DNA from: Rhodobacter capsulatus SB 1003
GTDB lineage: Bacteria; Pseudomonadota; Alphaproteobacteria; Rhodobacterales; Rhodobacteraceae
Assembly (NCBI RefSeq): GCF_000021865.1
Contig: NC_014034.1
Location: 2,580,001 to 2,612,000 of the forward strand
Direction: 5' to 3'
DNA length: 32,000 nucleotides
Within the stretch, counting starts at the first letter, position 1; every line of letters begins with the position of its first letter. Position numbers and translations under genes: made by a program. Under the pieces are notes generated by a model. That model worked only from the letters and a program-made list of their open reading frames with translations, was not told where the DNA came from and did not search any database. Shown one piece after another: positions 17,085 through 26,472 of this stretch.

Positions 17085-18295
17085 GGACCGCGGCCCTTCT
17101 GGACCGCATCCAGTCCGAAACGCTGCGCTATTTCACCGAATTTGCCCATCCCGTCTCGGGGATGGCGCGGGAAAGATACGGCGATGACCGCTGGCTCGAC
17201 ACGGTGACGACGGGCGGCACCGGCTTTGGGCTGATGGCGCTGATCGTGGGGGCCGAGCGCGGCTTCGTGCCCCGCGACGCCGTGCTGGCGCAGATCGACC
17301 GCATTTTGGCGCATCTCGAAGCCGCCCCCCGCCATCGCGGCGCCTTTCCGCATTGGATGCACGGCGCAACCGGCGCCACCATCGCCTTTTCGCCCCATGA
17401 CGACGGCGGCGACATCGTCGAGACCGCCTTTCTGATGATGGGGCTTTTGACGGCACGGCAATGGCTTGCGCCCTTTGCCCCCGCTTTGGCCGCGCGCATT
17501 CAGGCGCTGTGGTGGGCGGTCGATTGGGCCGGTTTCTGCCCCACCCCTGACCGGCTGCACTGGCACTGGAGCCCCAATCACGGCTTTGGCCGCCTTGCGC
17601 TGATGGGCTGGCACGAGGGGCTGATCGCCTTTGTCCTTGCCGCGGGCTCGCCCACCCATCCGATCGCGCCCGAAGCTTACCAGCAGGGCTGGAAGCAAAG
17701 CCCCGGCTTTCGCAACGGCCAAAGCTGGCATCGCATCCGCCTGCCGCTCGGCCCGGCGCTGGGCGGGCCCTTGTTCTTCAGCCATTATTCCTTTCTGGGC
17801 CTCGACCCGCGCGGGCTGGTCGAAGACGGCATCGACTATTTCGCGCAAAACCGCGCCCAGACCCGGATCAACCATGCGCATTGCGTGGAAAACCCCGGCA
17901 AGTTCAAGGGTTACGGGACCTTCTGGGGGCTGACCGCCTGCGACGGGCCCGATGGCTACGGCGCCTTTTCCCCCGCGAACGACAGGGGCGTGATCGCCCC
18001 CACCGCGGCGCTTGCCGCGGCGCCCTATCTGCCGCGCGCCAGCCTCTCTGCCGCCCGCGCCATGGCCGCGCGCCCCGAGCTTTGGGGGCCTTTCGGCCTT
18101 GTCGATGCCTTTGACGACACGCGCGGCTGGGTGGCCGCAAGCCATCTGGCGATCGATCAGGGGCCGATCGTCGGCATGATCGAAAACGCCCGCACGGGTC
18201 TTTTGTGGCGGCTCTTCATGTCCGCCCCCGAGGTGAAGACCGGCCTGCGCCGCCTTGGCTTTGCAAGTCCGCATCTCGGCCCGGATCGCGGCTAA
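17081..18295 (+). CDS. glucoamylase-family / GH144-like (alpha/alpha)6 glycoside hydrolase (putative beta-1,2-glucanase), no signal peptide
   Basis: The sequence LLDRIQSETLRYFTEFAHPVSGMARER......TTGGTGFGLMALIVGAERGF...FPHWMHGATG...DIVETAFLMMGLL matches my recollection of the PF10091/DUF3131 'glucoamylase family protein' group that includes GH144. ATG 17081 overlaps the GH3 stop as ATGA. GTG 17072 is an alternative start. Confidence 0.72.
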   Translation: MRTAALLDRIQSETLRYFTEFAHPVSGMARERYGDDRWLDTVTTGGTGFGLMALIVGAERGFVPRDAVLAQIDRILAHLEAAPRHRGAFPHWMHGATGATIAFSPHDDGGDIVETAFLMMGLLTARQWLAPFAPALAARIQALWWAVDWAGFCPTPDRLHWHWSPNHGFGRLALMGWHEGLIAFVLAAGSPTHPIAPEAYQQGWKQSPGFRNGQSWHRIRLPLGPALGGPLFFSHYSFLGLDPRGLVEDGIDYFAQNRAQTRINHAHCVENPGKFKGYGTFWGLTACDGPDGYGAFSPANDRGVIAPTAALAAAPYLPRASLSAARAMAARPELWGPFGLVDAFDDTRGWVAASHLAIDQGPIVGMIENARTGLLWRLFMSAPEVKTGLRRLGFASPHLGPDRG

Positions 18296-20028
18296 AGGGC
18301 CACGCCCTCGCCCGCCAGAATTTCCACCGTGCGGGTGAAAACGCCCTGCGGCGTGCCGCCATTGCCGATGTCGATCAGCCCCAAATGCGCCAGCGGCCCG
18401 CGCAGCAGCGTCACGATCCGGTCCCGCGCATCGGGGTCAAGCTGCGGCAGCGTGTCATCCATCACCAGCCATTGCGGCCGGTTCAGGATCACCCGCGCAA
18501 AACTCACGCAGTGCTTTTCGCTTTCCGACAGCAGCTTTTCCCAATGTTCATCCACGTCAAGGCTGGCCATCAGATGGCCAAGGCCCACCGTCTGCAAGGC
18601 CGCCTCGACCTCGGGGCGGGGGAAATGCGCCGCCGAATGCGGATAGCCCAGCACGTCGATCAGCCGCCCCGGCGGCACATAGGCCCGCGTCGGCAGATAC
18701 ATCACCGCACCGGCCTGCGGCATCGCAATGCGCCCCGCGCCGCGATCCCAAAGCCCCGCCAGCGTGCGGAACAGGATCGTCTTGCCCGAGCCCGACGTGC
18801 CCTTGAGCAACAGCCGCTCGCCCGGGGCCAGCCGGATCGGATCTTCGCCAAGCCGCACCGAGACATAGGGGGTCAGGATCGACAGCCCCTCGATCTCGAT
18901 CCCGCCCTCGGCCGGATCGCGGCGGATGCGGTCGGGCCGGGCCGCGCAGTCGCCTTGCGAAAGCTCGCGCAGCGCGCGGTGGAAACTGATCACCCGGTGC
19001 AGGATCGCACGCCAATTGGCGATGCCCGCGAAATTGTTGATGAACCAGCGCAAAGCGCCCTGCACCTGGTTGAAGGCGCCGACCACCAGCATCAGCTCGC
19101 CGATCGTCATGTCGGTGCTGAAATAGAACGGCGCCGCCGCAAGGATCGGCGCCACCGTGTTGAACCAGCCCGAGCCCGCCGTGACCCAGGTCAGCCCCAC
19201 GGTGGCGCGGATCACGCCATGGATCACCTCGACCAGCCGCCCGAAGGCCGCCTTGATCCGCCGCGCCTCCACCCGCTCGCCGCGGTCCAGGGTGATCGCC
19301 TCGGCGGCCTCGCTGACGCGGACGATCTCGAAGCGGAAATCGGCCTCGCGCGCGGCGCGTTCGGCGCTCATCGCGACCAGGGGCCGCCCGACGCGCCAGC
19401 TCAGCCAGGACGCGAGCCCGGCATAAAAAAGCGCGCACCAGACCATGAAACCGGGGATCTCGACCGCGCGGCCCAGGATCGAGACCGACAGCCCGTCGGA
19501 ATGGTGCCACAGCACGCCGACAAAGGAAAACAGCAACAGCCCCGCCTGAAACAGCCCGACGCCAAGCGCGACGGACAGATCGGCCAGCCCGTCGACATCG
19601 GCCTGCAGCCGCTGGTCGGGATTCTCGCCGATCCGCCCCGCCCGCGACAGCCGCAGCGCCGCCCCGGGCCGCATCCAGTCGTGCAAAAGCGCGGTGAAGA
19701 TGCCCCGCCGCAGGGTCAGCTTCAGCGTCTGATCCAGCCAGAGCTGCCCGACGTTCAGCGCCAGAAGCCCCCCCGCCAGAACCGCAAAGACCCCCAGCTG
19801 CACCACGAAGGCGGGGAAATCCTTGCGCGTCAGCGCGTCGTAAAAGGGCTGGTTCCAGGCATTGAGCAGGATCTGCGCCGCCGCGGTCACCGCGATCACC
19901 GCGACCAGCCCGCCGATCAGCCACAGGATGCGCCGCCCGCTGCGCACGGTGCGCAGGATGCGCCCCAGATCGGCCAGTTCCCCGAACAGGCCGGGATTGG
20001 GATCGGTGTCGGTCGTCAGATCGGTCAT
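18292..20028 (-). CDS. fused permease/ATPase ABC transporter of the ABCD / SbmA-BacA-like (ABC_membrane_2) type
   Basis: The 578-aa protein has an N-terminal TMD with the family motif NAWNQPFYDAL and ENPDQRLQADV. The C-terminal NBD has Walker A GTSGSGKTILFRTLAGLW, signature LSESEKHCVSFARVIL, and Walker B WLVMDD. It converges on the GH144-like gene, and the stops overlap by 3-4 nt. Confidence 0.88.
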   Translation of the reverse strand: MTDLTTDTDPNPGLFGELADLGRILRTVRSGRRILWLIGGLVAVIAVTAAAQILLNAWNQPFYDALTRKDFPAFVVQLGVFAVLAGGLLALNVGQLWLDQTLKLTLRRGIFTALLHDWMRPGAALRLSRAGRIGENPDQRLQADVDGLADLSVALGVGLFQAGLLLFSFVGVLWHHSDGLSVSILGRAVEIPGFMVWCALFYAGLASWLSWRVGRPLVAMSAERAAREADFRFEIVRVSEAAEAITLDRGERVEARRIKAAFGRLVEVIHGVIRATVGLTWVTAGSGWFNTVAPILAAAPFYFSTDMTIGELMLVVGAFNQVQGALRWFINNFAGIANWRAILHRVISFHRALRELSQGDCAARPDRIRRDPAEGGIEIEGLSILTPYVSVRLGEDPIRLAPGERLLLKGTSGSGKTILFRTLAGLWDRGAGRIAMPQAGAVMYLPTRAYVPPGRLIDVLGYPHSAAHFPRPEVEAALQTVGLGHLMASLDVDEHWEKLLSESEKHCVSFARVILNRPQWLVMDDTLPQLDPDARDRIVTLLRGPLAHLGLIDIGNGGTPQGVFTRTVEILAGEGVAL

Positions 20029-20281
20029 GCCGGAACCTTGCTTGGGGCTGGCTTACAGAACCGCCAAACCGCGCCGGGCGCAACCCGAGGTGAAGCGATT
20101 TTGCGTGAGCATCGGCGCTAACGGCAAAGAGGCAGTTACCGCCCTGCCCGCCGCCTGCGCAAGCGGCCGCAAAAAGCGGCGATCGGGCGCGGCGCCGCGG
20201 GCGCCCCCCCGCGCCAATGCGCCCCTTGCGCGGCCGCCGGAGCGGGCCTAAAACCCGCGCGAAACGCTCAGGAGTTGCGCC

Positions 20282-20938
20282 ATGACCGGAACCGCCTTCA
20301 AGAAACTCGCCCTTGTCACCGGCGCCTCGCGCGGGCTCGGCTTTGCCATCGCCGAAGAGCTGGCGGCCGAGGGCTGGCACATCATGGCGGTGGCGCGCAC
20401 CGTGGGCGGGCTCGAGGCGCTCGATGACGTCATTCAGGCCAAGGGCGGCTCGGCGACGCTCGCACCTTTGGACATCACCAAGCCCGAGGAAATGGAAACC
20501 CTTGCCAATGGCATCCTCGGGCGCTGGGGCGGGCTGCAGCTGTGGATCCACACCGCGGTCCATGCCGCGCCGCTTTCCCCCGCCGCGCATTCCGACGCCA
20601 AGGACATGGAAAAATCGGTGGCGACGAACCTGACCGGCACCGCGACGCTGATCCCGCTGATCGACCCGCTTCTGCGCGCGGGGGACGGCACGGCGGTCTT
20701 CTTCGAGGATGACCGGGCGGGCCAGCCCTATTTCGGCTCTTACGGCGCGACGAAGGCGGCGCAGATCGCGCTGGCCCGCAGCTATGCGGTCGAGGCGGCG
20801 AAGATCGGCCCGAAGGTGAAGATCGTCGCGCCGCGGCCGATGGCCACCGCCGTGCGGGCGCGCTTCTTCCCGTCCGAGGACCGCACGCCGCTGATCGATT
20901 GCCGCGACGAAGCGAAACGCCTTCTTGCCGAGATCTGA
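20282..20938 (+). CDS. short-chain dehydrogenase/reductase family protein (218 aa)
   Basis: It shows [16 protein letters not shown] and a YGATKAA YxxxK motif. AGGAG lies 8 nt upstream of the ATG. Confidence 0.8.
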   Translation: MTGTAFKKLALVTGASRGLGFAIAEELAAEGWHIMAVARTVGGLEALDDVIQAKGGSATLAPLDITKPEEMETLANGILGRWGGLQLWIHTAVHAAPLSPAAHSDAKDMEKSVATNLTGTATLIPLIDPLLRAGDGTAVFFEDDRAGQPYFGSYGATKAAQIALARSYAVEAAKIGPKVKIVAPRPMATAVRARFFPSEDRTPLIDCRDEAKRLLAEI

Positions 20939-21078
20939 CGGACGGGGGGGGCCCCTGCCCCGCCGGATCCGGGGCGGACCGGGTCCGCAAGGGCACACCT
21001 GCGCGCCAAGTGCAGCGGCTTGCTTGTTTGGCTGCGGCGCAGCGGCTAATCAGACAGAAACCGGGCAACGAGGGTCGC

Positions 21079-21867
21079 ATGCGCATTCTGATCACCAATG
21101 ACGACGGCATCAACGCGCCGGGGCTTTCGGTGCTCGAAACGATCGCGGCCGAGCTGGCGGGCCCGGCGGGCGAGGTCTGGACCGTCGCCCCCGCCTTCGA
21201 GCAATCGGGCGTCGGCCATGCGATCAGCTACAACCGGCCGATGTCGATCGCCGAGCTGGCGCCGCGCCGCTTTGCCGCCGAGGGCAGCCCGGCCGATTGC
21301 GTGCTGGCCGGTCTTTACGACGTGCTGACCGACGGGCGCCCGGATCTGGTGCTGTCGGGGGTCAACCGCGGCAACAACTCGGCCGAGAATGCGCTTTATT
21401 CTGGTACCCTTGGCGGGGCGATGGAGGCCGCGCTGCAGGGCATTCCCGCAATCGCGCTGAGCCAGTTCCTCGGCCCGGCCTGCCTTGGCCCCGGGCTTGA
21501 CCCGTTCGAGGCCGCCCGCGTGCATGGCCCGGCTCTGGTGCGCAGGATCTGGGAAAACGGCATCTGGGACGATGGCCCCTATCGGGTCTTTTACAACGTC
21601 AATTTCCCGCCCGTCCCCGCCGCCGCGGTCAGGGGCACGCGGGTCGCGGCGCAGGGCTACCGGAGCGACAGTTTCTTCACCGTGGAACCGGCCGTTTCGC
21701 CCAATGGGCGGCGGTTTCTGTGGATCAAGGGCGGTCCGCAGCATGGCGCCACCGCGCCCGGCACCGATGCGATGGTGAACCTGGAGGGTCATATCTCGGT
21801 CACGCCGATGCGCGCCGATCTGACCGCGCATGACGTGCTCGCCGATCTCGAGGCGCGGCTGGCATGA
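21079..21867 (+). CDS. surE: 5'/3'-nucleotidase SurE
   Basis: It has the [16 protein letters not shown] signature and [24 protein letters not shown]. The start is ATG 21079, and the upstream extension in the track ORF was rejected. Confidence 0.93.
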   Translation: MRILITNDDGINAPGLSVLETIAAELAGPAGEVWTVAPAFEQSGVGHAISYNRPMSIAELAPRRFAAEGSPADCVLAGLYDVLTDGRPDLVLSGVNRGNNSAENALYSGTLGGAMEAALQGIPAIALSQFLGPACLGPGLDPFEAARVHGPALVRRIWENGIWDDGPYRVFYNVNFPPVPAAAVRGTRVAAQGYRSDSFFTVEPAVSPNGRRFLWIKGGPQHGATAPGTDAMVNLEGHISVTPMRADLTAHDVLADLEARLA

Positions 21868-22511
21868 CCGAGGACGAAGCCGCACAGATCAAGATGCAGT
21901 TCCTTTACGCGCTGCGCTCGAAGGGCGTGACCGATGCCCGGATCCTGTCGGCGATGGAACGCATCGACCGCGGCGCTTTCGTGCGCGGCATCTTTGCCGA
22001 ACGCGCCTATGAGGACATGCCGCTGCCGATCGCCTGCGGGCAGACGATCTCGCAACCCTCGGTCGTCGGTCTGATGACGCAGGCGCTGGCCGTGGGCCCG
22101 CGCGACCGGGTGCTGGAAATCGGCACCGGCTCTGGCTATCAGGCCGCGGTGCTGTCGCTTTTGTGCCGCCGCGTCTATACGGTCGACCGCCACCGCCGTC
22201 TGGTGCGCGAGGCGCAGGCGGTCTTCGAGGCGCTGTCGCTGCCCAATATCGTCGCGCTGGCCACCGATGGCTCGCGCGGGCTGCCCGATCAGGCGCCTTT
22301 TGACCGGATCCTGGTCACCGCCGCCGCCGAGGACCCGCCGGGGCCGCTGTTGTCGCAGCTGAAGATCGGCGGTATCATGGTGCTTCCGGTCGGCCAGTCC
22401 GACACCGTGCAAAGCCTGATCCGCGTGACCCGACTGGAAACCGGCTTCGATTACGAGGAGTTGCGCCCGGTGCGCTTCGTGCCGCTGGTCGAGGGCATGG
22501 CGGGCGACTGA
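21864..22511 (+). CDS. pcm: protein-L-isoaspartate O-methyltransferase
   Basis: It shows [13 protein letters not shown], the SAM motif [16 protein letters not shown], and [10 protein letters not shown]. Its start overlaps the surE stop as ATGA. Confidence 0.93.
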   Translation: MTEDEAAQIKMQFLYALRSKGVTDARILSAMERIDRGAFVRGIFAERAYEDMPLPIACGQTISQPSVVGLMTQALAVGPRDRVLEIGTGSGYQAAVLSLLCRRVYTVDRHRRLVREAQAVFEALSLPNIVALATDGSRGLPDQAPFDRILVTAAAEDPPGPLLSQLKIGGIMVLPVGQSDTVQSLIRVTRLETGFDYEELRPVRFVPLVEGMAGD

Positions 22512-22571
22512 GCCGGGTCCCCGCGGAACCGGGACGAGACCGAAGAACGACAGACCGAACGAGGACGAGCG

Positions 22572-23822
22572 ATGCAAGCCCCCCACTCCCGCCGACTGAC
22601 CCGCGTGCTGCTGACCGGCGTCGCGCTGGCCGTGCTGGCCGGTTGCGGCAAGGACGGCAGTTTCGATGCCGACCTGCGCCATTTCGGCAAGACCGGCTTC
22701 GACACCACCGACGCCGTGCGGCAGGCCACCGCCGACCGCCCCGCCCCCGATGCGCGCGGGGTGATTTCCTATCCGAATTATCAGGTCGCCGTCGCACGGC
22801 AGGGCGACAGCGTCGGCTCGATCGCCTCGCGGCTGGGGCTCGATGCGGCGGAACTGGCGCGCTACAATGCGCTGGCGCCGAACACGCCCTTGGGCAAGGG
22901 CGAGGTTCTGGCCCTGCCCAAACGGGTCGGCGAACCGGCCCCCGCCGCCGTCGCGGGCGGGGCTGCCGCCGCGGGCAGCGAGCGGATCGACATCACCTCG
23001 CTGGCGGGGGCCGCGATCGACCGCGCCGCCGTCACCCAGCCGCCCGCCGAGACGCCCGCGGCCCCCGCCACCGCGCCCCGTCCCGCCGCGCCAAGTGCCA
23101 GCCCGGTGGCGAAACCGGCCGCCCCCGCCCAGACCGGCGCCGAGCCGATCCGCCACCGCGTCGCCCGCGGCGAGACCGCCTATTCGATCGCGCGCTATTA
23201 CAATGTCCCCGCCAAATCGGTGGCGGACTGGAACGGCCTGCCCGCCGATCTGAGCGTGCGCGAGGGCCAGATGCTGATGATCCCGCCCGCGACCGGCGCC
23301 GCGCCGCGCTCCGCCACCGCGACGCTGACCGAACCGGGCGAAGGCTCGCCCACGCCCGAGCCGCCCTCGGCGGCGAAACCGCTGCCGAAAGAGGTGCCGC
23401 CGAAAGCCTCGGACCCGGTCGACACATCCGCCGCCCCCGATCTGGGCGCCGCCCGGACCGAGGCCTCGCGCAGCTCGAAATTCGTCATGCCGGTGCCGGG
23501 CGCGATCATCCGCCCCTATGCCAAGGGCAAGAACGACGGGGTGGACATCCGCGCCGCCGCCGGAACCGCGGTCAAGGCCGCCGATGCGGGCACAGTCGCG
23601 GCGATCACCAAGGACACCGAACAGGTGCCGATCCTGGTTTTGCGCCACGAGGGCGGGCTGCTGACCGTCTATGCCAATATCGACGGCATCACCGTCGCCA
23701 AGGGCGACAAGGTGCGCCGCGGCCAGAGCATCGCCAAGGTCCGCGCGGGCGACACCGGCTTTTTGCATTTCGAAGTCCGCAAGGGCTACGATTCGGTCGA
23801 TCCGATGCCCTATCTGGACTGA
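22572..23822 (+). CDS. nlpD: LysM-domain lipoprotein with degenerate M23/LytM domain (NlpD-like amidase activator)
   Basis: It has the lipobox LAVLAGC, two LysM-like repeats (YQVAVARQGDSVGSIASRLGL..., HRVARGETAYSIARYYNV...), and Pro/Ala-rich linkers. In the C-terminal M23 domain the metal ligands are replaced (NDGVDI instead of HxGxD, and FLHFE instead of HLHFE), as in E. coli NlpD. The surE-pcm-nlpD order is conserved. Confidence 0.85.
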   Translation: MQAPHSRRLTRVLLTGVALAVLAGCGKDGSFDADLRHFGKTGFDTTDAVRQATADRPAPDARGVISYPNYQVAVARQGDSVGSIASRLGLDAAELARYNALAPNTPLGKGEVLALPKRVGEPAPAAVAGGAAAAGSERIDITSLAGAAIDRAAVTQPPAETPAAPATAPRPAAPSASPVAKPAAPAQTGAEPIRHRVARGETAYSIARYYNVPAKSVADWNGLPADLSVREGQMLMIPPATGAAPRSATATLTEPGEGSPTPEPPSAAKPLPKEVPPKASDPVDTSAAPDLGAARTEASRSSKFVMPVPGAIIRPYAKGKNDGVDIRAAAGTAVKAADAGTVAAITKDTEQVPILVLRHEGGLLTVYANIDGITVAKGDKVRRGQSIAKVRAGDTGFLHFEVRKGYDSVDPMPYLD

Positions 23823-23846
23823 GCCCCGACCGGGGCGCCGGCCGCG

Positions 23847-23871
23847 AAAAGGGGGCTTTGGCCCCCTTTTT
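23847..23871 (+). terminator. intrinsic terminator after nlpD (A-tract/stem/T-tract, potentially bidirectional)
   Basis: The sequence is AAAA GGGGGC TTTG GCCCCC TTTTT. Confidence 0.8.
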
Positions 23872-23889
23872 CCATCCGGTAACAAGAAC

Positions 23890-23918
23890 TTGACCTCTCT
23901 GGCCGGGAAGCGCAATTT
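23890..23918 (+). promoter_or_regulatory. weak candidate promoter TTGACC - 17 nt - CAATTT upstream of the YidE/YbjL-type transporter
   Basis: Only the hexamer pattern and spacing support this call. It lies about 40 nt upstream of ATG 23958. Confidence 0.25.
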
Positions 23919-23957
23919 GCCGTGGGGGCGAGGACACCCCCGCGGGAGGGGGGGACC

Positions 23958-25637
23958 ATGGCGCTTTTGCATTTCCTGAGCACGATTTCGCCGGTGGGTC
24001 TGGCCACGGCGGCGCTGGCCCTGTCGGGGGCGCTGGGTCTGCTTCTGGGCGGGCTGAACTGGCGCGGCATCGGGCTGGGCATCGGGGGGGTGCTGTTCGC
24101 GGGGCTTTTCGTCGGTCACTGGACCTCGGTCGCGGGCCTGCACCTTGCCCCGGAAATGCTTGAATTCGTGCGCGAATTCGGCCTCATCATCTTTGTTTTC
24201 ACGATCGGCATCCAGGTCGGGCCGGGCTTTTTCGCCTCGTTGCAGCGGGCGGGCCTGCAGTTTAACCTGATCGCCGCCGCGATCGTCCTTCTGGGCGTGG
24301 CCACCACGGTGGCGCTGCATTTCATCGCCGACATTCCGGTGCCCGCGCTGGTCGGGCTGATGTCGGGGGCGGTGACGAACACCCCGGGGCTGGGCGCGGC
24401 AACGCAGGTGCTGAAGGATGCGGGCATCCCCTCCGAGGTGATTTCCGAAGCCTCGCTTGGCTATGCGGTCGCCTATCCCTTTGGCATCCTTGGCATCTTG
24501 CTGACGATGATCGCGGTGCGGCAGGTGCTGGCGATCCGCATCGAGCGCGAGGAGGCCGATTTCGAGGCGGCCCGGGCCAAGGGCGGCACCAAGGAGCTGC
24601 CCGCGCTGAACGTGGTGGTGCGCAACCCCAATCTTGAGGGGCTGGAACTGGGCGAGGTGCCCGATCTTTACGATCAGGGCGTTGTGGTGTCGCGGCTCAA
24701 GCGCGGCGAGGTGCTGATGCATCCGTTGCGCTCGATGGCGCTGCACATGGGCGACGTGCTGCATCTGGTCGGTCCCGCGGACAAGCTGCATGCGATGGTG
24801 CTGATCCTGGGCGAGGAGGTGGATGTCTCGCTCACCTCGACCAAGGGCACGCAGCTGAGCTGGCAGCGCGTCGCGGTGACGGCGCAAAAGGCGCTGGGCA
24901 AGCATATCCGCGATCTGGGGCTTGAAGAACGCTCGGTCTCGATTTCGCGCGTCACCCGGGCGGGGACGCAGCTGCCGGTCGAACCCGATCTGGCGCTGCA
25001 ATTCGGCGACATCCTGACCGTGGTCGGCGCCCCCGCCGATATCGAGGCGGTGAAACCGCTTTTTGGCGATCAGATGAAAAGCCTGGATCTGGTGCAGTTT
25101 TCCGGCGTCTTCTTCGGCATCCTTCTCGGCGTGATCCTCGGCTCGATCCCGATCGCCTTTCCGGGCCTGCCCGCGCCCTTGAAACTGGGTCTGGCGGGGG
25201 GGCCGCTTGTCGCGGCGATCCTGCTCTCGCGCATCGGTTTCCTTGGTCCCTTCGTCTTCTTCATGCCGCCCGTCGCCAACCATGCGCTGCGCGAATTGGG
25301 CATCGTGCTCTTCCTCTCGGCGGTCGGGCTGAAGGCGGGCGGACAATTCGTGCAGACGCTGATCCACGGGCCGGGGCTGACCTGGATGCTTTACGGCATG
25401 GTGATCACCCTCGTGCCGCTGATGATCGTGGGCTTTGTCGCCCGTGTCGTCTATCGGGTGAACTACCTCAGCCTTTCGGGCGTGCTGGCGGGGTCGATGA
25501 CCGATCCGCCCGCGCTCGCCTTTGCCAATGGCATGTCCGGCTCGGCGGCGGCCTCGGTCGGCTATGCCTCGGTCTATCCGCTGGTGATGTGCATGCGGAT
25601 CCTGGCACCGCAAATCATCGTGCTGCTGTTGCTGTAA
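23958..25637 (+). CDS. putative transporter of the YidE/YbjL (aspartate:alanine exchanger, AAE) family with central RCK_C/TrkA_C domains
   Basis: The N- and C-terminal halves are duplicated membrane domains (GIGGVLFAGLFVGH / GGPLVAAILLSRIG). Between them are two soluble TrkA_C-like segments (VVSRLKRGEVLMHP...GDVLHLVG and ISRVTRAGTQLPV...GDILTVVG). The start is ATG 23958, with GGGAGGGGGGG upstream. Confidence 0.85.
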   Translation: MALLHFLSTISPVGLATAALALSGALGLLLGGLNWRGIGLGIGGVLFAGLFVGHWTSVAGLHLAPEMLEFVREFGLIIFVFTIGIQVGPGFFASLQRAGLQFNLIAAAIVLLGVATTVALHFIADIPVPALVGLMSGAVTNTPGLGAATQVLKDAGIPSEVISEASLGYAVAYPFGILGILLTMIAVRQVLAIRIEREEADFEAARAKGGTKELPALNVVVRNPNLEGLELGEVPDLYDQGVVVSRLKRGEVLMHPLRSMALHMGDVLHLVGPADKLHAMVLILGEEVDVSLTSTKGTQLSWQRVAVTAQKALGKHIRDLGLEERSVSISRVTRAGTQLPVEPDLALQFGDILTVVGAPADIEAVKPLFGDQMKSLDLVQFSGVFFGILLGVILGSIPIAFPGLPAPLKLGLAGGPLVAAILLSRIGFLGPFVFFMPPVANHALRELGIVLFLSAVGLKAGGQFVQTLIHGPGLTWMLYGMVITLVPLMIVGFVARVVYRVNYLSLSGVLAGSMTDPPALAFANGMSGSAAASVGYASVYPLVMCMRILAPQIIVLLLL

Positions 25638-25659
25638 GCCGCCCCGCGAAGGAGAGACC

Positions 25660-26439
25660 ATGAAGATCGCCACCTTCAACATCAACGGCATCAAGGCCCG
25701 CGCCGAGGCCCTGCCCGCCTGGCTGCGCGCGGCCGAGCCCGATGTCGTGCTGCTGCAGGAGATCAAGTCGACCGACGAAGCCTTCCCGCAGGAGGTGCTG
25801 GACGGTACCGGCTACACGGTGCACACGCACGGGCAGAAAAGCTTCAACGGCGTCGCGATCCTGAGCCGGTTGCCGCTGGAGGATGTGACGCGCGGCCTGC
25901 CCGGCGACGACAGTGACGACCAGGCCCGCTGGATCGAGGCGACGGTGATCGGCACCCGCGCGGTGCGGGTCTGCGGGCTGTATCTGCCCAATGGCAACCC
26001 CGCGCCGGGGCCGAAGTATGACTACAAGCTGGCCTGGATGGCGCGGATGCAGGCGCGGGTGGAAACCCTGCTGCGCAGCGAGGAGCCGCTGGTTTTCGCG
26101 GGCGATTACAACGTGATCCCGCAAGACGAGGATGCCGCGAAACCGGAAAGCTGGCGCGCGGATGCGCTGGCCCTGCCCGAGACCCGCGCGGCGTTCCGGC
26201 GGATCGTGAACCTTGGCCTGACCGATGCCTTCCGCGCCCGCGTGCCGGGCCCGGGGCAGTATTCGTTCTGGGATTATCAGGCGGGGGCCTGGCAAAAGAA
26301 CAACGGCATCCGCATCGACCACCTGCTGCTTTCGCCGCAGGCGGCCGATCTGTTGCGCGATGCGGGCATCGACAAGGAGGTCCGCGCGGGCGAGAAACCC
26401 TCGGACCATGTCCCGGTCTGGATCGATCTGGACGCCTGA
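25660..26439 (+). CDS. xthA: exodeoxyribonuclease III
   Basis: It shows MKIATFNINGI, LLQEIK, FAGDYNV, WDYQ, RIDHLLLS, and PSDHVPVW. GGAGAG lies 4 nt upstream of the ATG. Confidence 0.93.
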   Translation: MKIATFNINGIKARAEALPAWLRAAEPDVVLLQEIKSTDEAFPQEVLDGTGYTVHTHGQKSFNGVAILSRLPLEDVTRGLPGDDSDDQARWIEATVIGTRAVRVCGLYLPNGNPAPGPKYDYKLAWMARMQARVETLLRSEEPLVFAGDYNVIPQDEDAAKPESWRADALALPETRAAFRRIVNLGLTDAFRARVPGPGQYSFWDYQAGAWQKNNGIRIDHLLLSPQAADLLRDAGIDKEVRAGEKPSDHVPVWIDLDA

Positions 26440-26472
26440 GACGGCCCCCCCCCCGCTTGGCTGCCGCGGCTC

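Noticed and set aside
20114-20143. An imperfect inverted repeat GGCGCTAACGGC-N6-GCAGTTACCGCC upstream of the ABC transporter. It contains a GCGCTAAC half-site like the edd operator.
   Set aside because: Only a half-site is shared, and the half-sites point outward with a long spacer. That is unlike the compact 12-14-bp dyads at edd and zwf, so the resemblance is probably chance.
21789-25766. A 1325-aa ORF on the minus strand spanning pcm, nlpD and the YidE/YbjL-type transporter.
   Set aside because: It is antisense to three genes with clear family signatures. Its translation is Arg/Gly/Pro/His/Asp-rich low-complexity sequence with no recognisable motif. This is a typical stop-codon-poor shadow frame of high-GC DNA.
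26445-26454. Homopolymer tracts: C10 between xthA and the monooxygenase, G8 at 20944-20951, and G7 at 23948-23954 in the transporter RBS region. They were considered as possible phase-variation switches.
   Set aside because: All are intergenic or within the RBS in a very GC-rich genome. They are not inside coding frames, and I have no strain comparison available. I noted them only as candidates for length polymorphism.
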